The notes below the pieces were generated by a model that worked only from the letters and a program-made list of their open reading frames with translations, had not been told where the DNA came from and did not search any database. 64,000 nt of DNA from Flectonema sp. DT1601 (lineage: Eukaryota), in contig OZ025798.1 of NCBI GenBank assembly GCA_964019425.1, forward strand, positions 682,001 through 746,000, given 5' to 3'. The translations under genes were made by a program, and so were the position numbers. Each line of letters opens with the position of its first letter. The stretch's first letter is position 1. This document shows, piece by piece, positions 60,455-64,000 of this stretch.

Positions 60455-62350
60455 ATGATGAACAATAACTCGAAGGGAGTCATTCGGAGATGTCGTCGAT
60501 TTTACAGCGATGGGTACCAACCACACCAAGGACAGGGGTATCAGAATAGTCAAAATAATTATCATCATCCTCAACAAGGTTATCCTCCTCAGTATCAACA
60601 GCAATACCATCAACAGCAGTACCAACAGCATCAACAACATCAGCAACAACAACCACAACAACAACCGACTCAAAAGGGTTCTTGGGGTAACCCAATGGTC
60701 GTTCAGGTTAGTAGTAGAAGTGAGGGTTTATATGAAGCACTGAAGTTGGTCGTGTTTTTTTATTTATTATTTCAATTTGGAATTGTGAGAATTCAAATTG
60801 GAGTCGATGACGAAGATGAAAAAGAAGAAGGAAAAGAAAAGGAAGGAAAAAGTGGGGGAGGAGGATCAACAGGAGGTGACGAGAGTTCAAAAAAAGATTC
60901 CAAAACTGGCAGCAGCTCAACCAACAGCAAGTCATCGTTTCCGATGTCTTTATTTTCGTCATCAAACAAAGATCAGTTCACACCTGTTGATTTGAATGCC
61001 ACCAACCATTCTGTTCGTTGGGAAGATGTTTTGGGATGTGATGAAGCCAAACAGGAGCTTCAAGAAGTTGTTGAGTTTCTTAAGAATCCAGAAAAATTTC
61101 AAGAATTGGGAGGAAACCTCCCCAAAGGATATCTTTTGGTGGGACCACCAGGAACTGGAAAAACGATGCTCGCAAAGGCGATAGCGAAAGAAGCTGATGT
61201 TCCATTTTATTACGCATCTGGATCACAGTTTGAAGAAGTCTTTATGGGAGTCGGAAGTAAGAGAGTGAGAGCTTTATTTGAAGCAGCTAGATCTCATAAG
61301 TCACCAGTTCTAATATTCATTGACGAGATTGATGCTGTTGGAAGTAAACGTTCAAAGTACGACGCCTCTCATGACAGGGCGACTATTAATCAACTTCTCT
61401 CTGAAATGGATGGATTTCAGTCATCTGAACAAGTAATCGTAATTGCTGCAACCAACTCACCGAAATCACTTGACAAGGCTCTCACAAGAGCTGGTAGAAT
61501 AGATCGTCAGGTAACAGTTGATCCTCCAGATCTTAAAGGTCGTAAACAGATTTTATCACATTACCTATCTTCAACTGTTCATTCAAAGTCTCTCTCTATT
61601 GATACAGTCGCTAAGGGGACGGGAGGTATGACTGGAGCTGATTTATCAAATCTAATTAATGTGGCAACCATCCATGCAGCTAAAGCAGGACTTGAAGAAG
61701 TTGATTTAGATTCCTTAGAATACGCTAAAGACAGAGTGAGTATGGGATTAGAACATAAAAGTCGTAAGATACCAGAATATGAAAGAAAGAATACAGCTTA
61801 TCATGAGGCTGGTCACGCCCTAGTTGCGATGTTTACGAAAGCAGCTCATCCACTTCACAAGGCGACTATCATCCCAAGAGGACAGGCGTTGGGATTAACG
61901 GTTCAGCTTCCTTCTGATGACACTAACAGTATGTCTCTAACTGAGATGAAAGGAAGATTACGTATCTTAATGGGAGGTAGAATTGCTGAACAAACTGTAT
62001 TCGGAAATGAAAATGTCACATCTGGTGCGGCAAACGATCTCGAGCAGGCAACCAGACTAGCCAATGCAATGGTCAGGAAATTTGGTCTTTCGTCAGGAAT
62101 GGGTCTTGTGGATTACTCTTTTAGTGATGACCCAGAGGGTATTTATCTCTCTGAACGTACTAGAGCTCTCATCGAAAATGAAGTTCGTACTCTCCTCGAC
62201 ACTGCCTATACAGAGGCTACGGATGTAATCGTTTCAAAGAGACCGATCCTTAATGAAATCGCTGAAGGTCTTCTTCAGTCCGATACTTTAACTGGCAAAC
62301 AGATGAGAGAAATGGCTGGTGTCCCTGAGCCAGTTGATTCCAATAAATAG
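60455..62350 (+). CDS. FtsH/YME1-like ATP-dependent zinc metalloprotease, probably mitochondrial
   Basis: Single TM segment, GPPGTGKT, FIDEID, second region of homology (ATN..LDKALTRAGR.DR), HEAGH, Gln-rich N-terminus. Confidence 0.95.
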   Translation: MMNNNSKGVIRRCRRFYSDGYQPHQGQGYQNSQNNYHHPQQGYPPQYQQQYHQQQYQQHQQHQQQQPQQQPTQKGSWGNPMVVQVSSRSEGLYEALKLVVFFYLLFQFGIVRIQIGVDDEDEKEEGKEKEGKSGGGGSTGGDESSKKDSKTGSSSTNSKSSFPMSLFSSSNKDQFTPVDLNATNHSVRWEDVLGCDEAKQELQEVVEFLKNPEKFQELGGNLPKGYLLVGPPGTGKTMLAKAIAKEADVPFYYASGSQFEEVFMGVGSKRVRALFEAARSHKSPVLIFIDEIDAVGSKRSKYDASHDRATINQLLSEMDGFQSSEQVIVIAATNSPKSLDKALTRAGRIDRQVTVDPPDLKGRKQILSHYLSSTVHSKSLSIDTVAKGTGGMTGADLSNLINVATIHAAKAGLEEVDLDSLEYAKDRVSMGLEHKSRKIPEYERKNTAYHEAGHALVAMFTKAAHPLHKATIIPRGQALGLTVQLPSDDTNSMSLTEMKGRLRILMGGRIAEQTVFGNENVTSGAANDLEQATRLANAMVRKFGLSSGMGLVDYSFSDDPEGIYLSERTRALIENEVRTLLDTAYTEATDVIVSKRPILNEIAEGLLQSDTLTGKQMREMAGVPEPVDSNK

Positions 62351-62712
62351 AATATTTTTCTTTTTCTGTGATTTTTTTTTTTTTGATTTTATTCATTTTT
62401 ATTTACTTTATGTTAATGGAGGTTGAGGGGGATATCCTTTATGCCTATCCTGATATCAAAAGACGTTATTTGAATGTAAGGCAATTCGTAGAATTGTGAA
62501 GAGTTAACCAATAAAAACAATAATAAGATTCGTACCATAACGACGTCTCAGAAAACATGAACTTCGTTCAACCACCGTATTAGTCAAATGATACCCGATA
62601 TCACATTTGATGATGTGTTTTAATGAACAACAGCAACAGTGAGGTTAATCTCAAAAAAAAACTTTTTTTTCTCTCTTTTTTTTCTACCAACTAGTTTATT
62701 AAACACAAGTGG

Positions 62713-62748
<36 letters not shown>

Positions 62749-62865
62749 AAAAAGATGCGCAAGTAGAACAAATTTCAGTTTTTTTTTTTTTTAAAAAATC
62801 CCTCTCAATCAAGTTTTTAACAATTTCTTTTTTTAAAAAAAACAGATTCCGAAAAATAAAATAAA

Positions 62866-64000
62866 ATGACGAAGTTATGTATCCCTTTATGTGAATTGGA
62901 CACACCTGAGATGAGAGATAGAAAAGAAAAATTACTGAACTTCGTAGGTCTCCCTGAACATTTTGAATTATCTAACTCTGAGGAACCAATCATACCACAG
63001 GAATGGATAAGTCGGGTCAGAATACTTTGTATGGATGAGACTGACTTGTATCAATGGAATCCTTACAAAGATGGTAATAAAGTGGATTACGTATCACATT
63101 GGAATGAATTAAAAACAATCAGAATGCTTCGAAAACTACTACTAAACACGAAATACGAAGAATACCTAAACTCTTACAGTTATAACGTCTCTCCGAAGAC
63201 GATAATTGAACCGAATGAAATATTGAGTTATGAAGGTGAATTGTTGAACTTAAAAACTCTTTTAGAGTCCAATAATATGCAAATATCCCATCTGTCACCT
63301 TGTCTATTTCCAGAAACAACTGGAAGAGGATTGATTGCTACGACTGATATAAAATATCCTCAACCGATACTTAGCATTCCTCGTAAACTATTATTTAATG
63401 TTCATTCAGCTAAGGAGAGTTTTTTGTGGTCTGTTTTTGAGATGCACGGGCTAGATAATGATACCCGTCTGCTTTTATTTTTAATTTACGAAAAGTTTAG
63501 AGGGGAACGTCCATCTTCAGTCTTTTCATTTAATTGGAATTCTTTCATAAAACTACTACCAGATTCTTATGATACACTTTTCTTTTGGTCAGAGTCTGAC
63601 TTAAGAGAGCTTCAAGGTACGAAGTTGCTTTCATCTGCGATGGAACAAAAACAACATTTGAAACATATCTTTGATTCGTTGTTTCCTAAATTGATATTGC
63701 AACACCCAGATATCTTTCCTGAAGAGATATTTTCATGGAATAATTTTATGTGGGGACGAGCGGTTTTTGATTCTCGTGCTTTCGTAATAAAGATTAAGAA
63801 TGAGGAAGTTACGACTTTAGTCCCGTTCGCAGAGTTTGTGAATCACACGGGTGACTCTCTTGGGCATGTATCTTACAGGAGATATGATGAAGTGACTGAT
63901 TGTATGGTGTTGGATTCACTCTCTCATGTTGATAAGGGCCAGCAGTTATTTATGAATTACGGTCCGATGCAAAATTATGAACTTGTTCAGAACTACGGAT
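62866..64000 (+). CDS. SET-domain lysine methyltransferase, Rubisco-LSMT/SETD3-4-like (3'-partial)
   Basis: Open frame from ATG 62866 to the window end, with GRGLIATTDI, SRAF, LVPFAEFVNH and QLFMNYG..N.EL..NYG. Confidence 0.9.
   Translation, partial: MTKLCIPLCELDTPEMRDRKEKLLNFVGLPEHFELSNSEEPIIPQEWISRVRILCMDETDLYQWNPYKDGNKVDYVSHWNELKTIRMLRKLLLNTKYEEYLNSYSYNVSPKTIIEPNEILSYEGELLNLKTLLESNNMQISHLSPCLFPETTGRGLIATTDIKYPQPILSIPRKLLFNVHSAKESFLWSVFEMHGLDNDTRLLLFLIYEKFRGERPSSVFSFNWNSFIKLLPDSYDTLFFWSESDLRELQGTKLLSSAMEQKQHLKHIFDSLFPKLILQHPDIFPEEIFSWNNFMWGRAVFDSRAFVIKIKNEEVTTLVPFAEFVNHTGDSLGHVSYRRYDEVTDCMVLDSLSHVDKGQQLFMNYGPMQNYELVQNYG

Overview
Eukaryotic, homopolymer-rich DNA, probably a protist. Bases 1 to ~48,000 are a repeat domain built mostly from one non-LTR retrotransposon family of the restriction-like-endonuclease (RLE; HERO/NeSL/R2-like) type. 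Its single reconstructed ORF (~1,708 aa, minus strand, 9787->4404, split by a 257-bp insertion) encodes N-terminal Zn fingers, RT, a CCHC knuckle, an RLE and an unusual ~560-aa coiled-coil C-terminal extension. Junction analysis suggests the element is ~10.3 kb (10.6 kb with the insertion). It has a ~4.8-kb 3' region carrying 213-bp repeats, a GGTATCTC mini-array, a hairpin-rich 115/143-bp satellite and a terminal stem-loop. Copies occur head-to-tail and insert into their own satellite and ORF with 4-6 bp target-site duplications (TSDs). Two MITE families (6-bp and 9-bp TSDs, both carrying tRNA-like pieces), a ~1.36-kb tandem repeat family and diverged element fragments are nested in this domain. 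From 48,700 on there are seven co-oriented (+) genes: TMEM135-like, an FSH1-RWD-Obg GTPase fusion, BSD/RanBP2-ZnF, cyclophilin, RPS26 (one intron), FtsH/YME1-like, and a SET-domain protein running off the end. All calls are by eye; no database searches were run.
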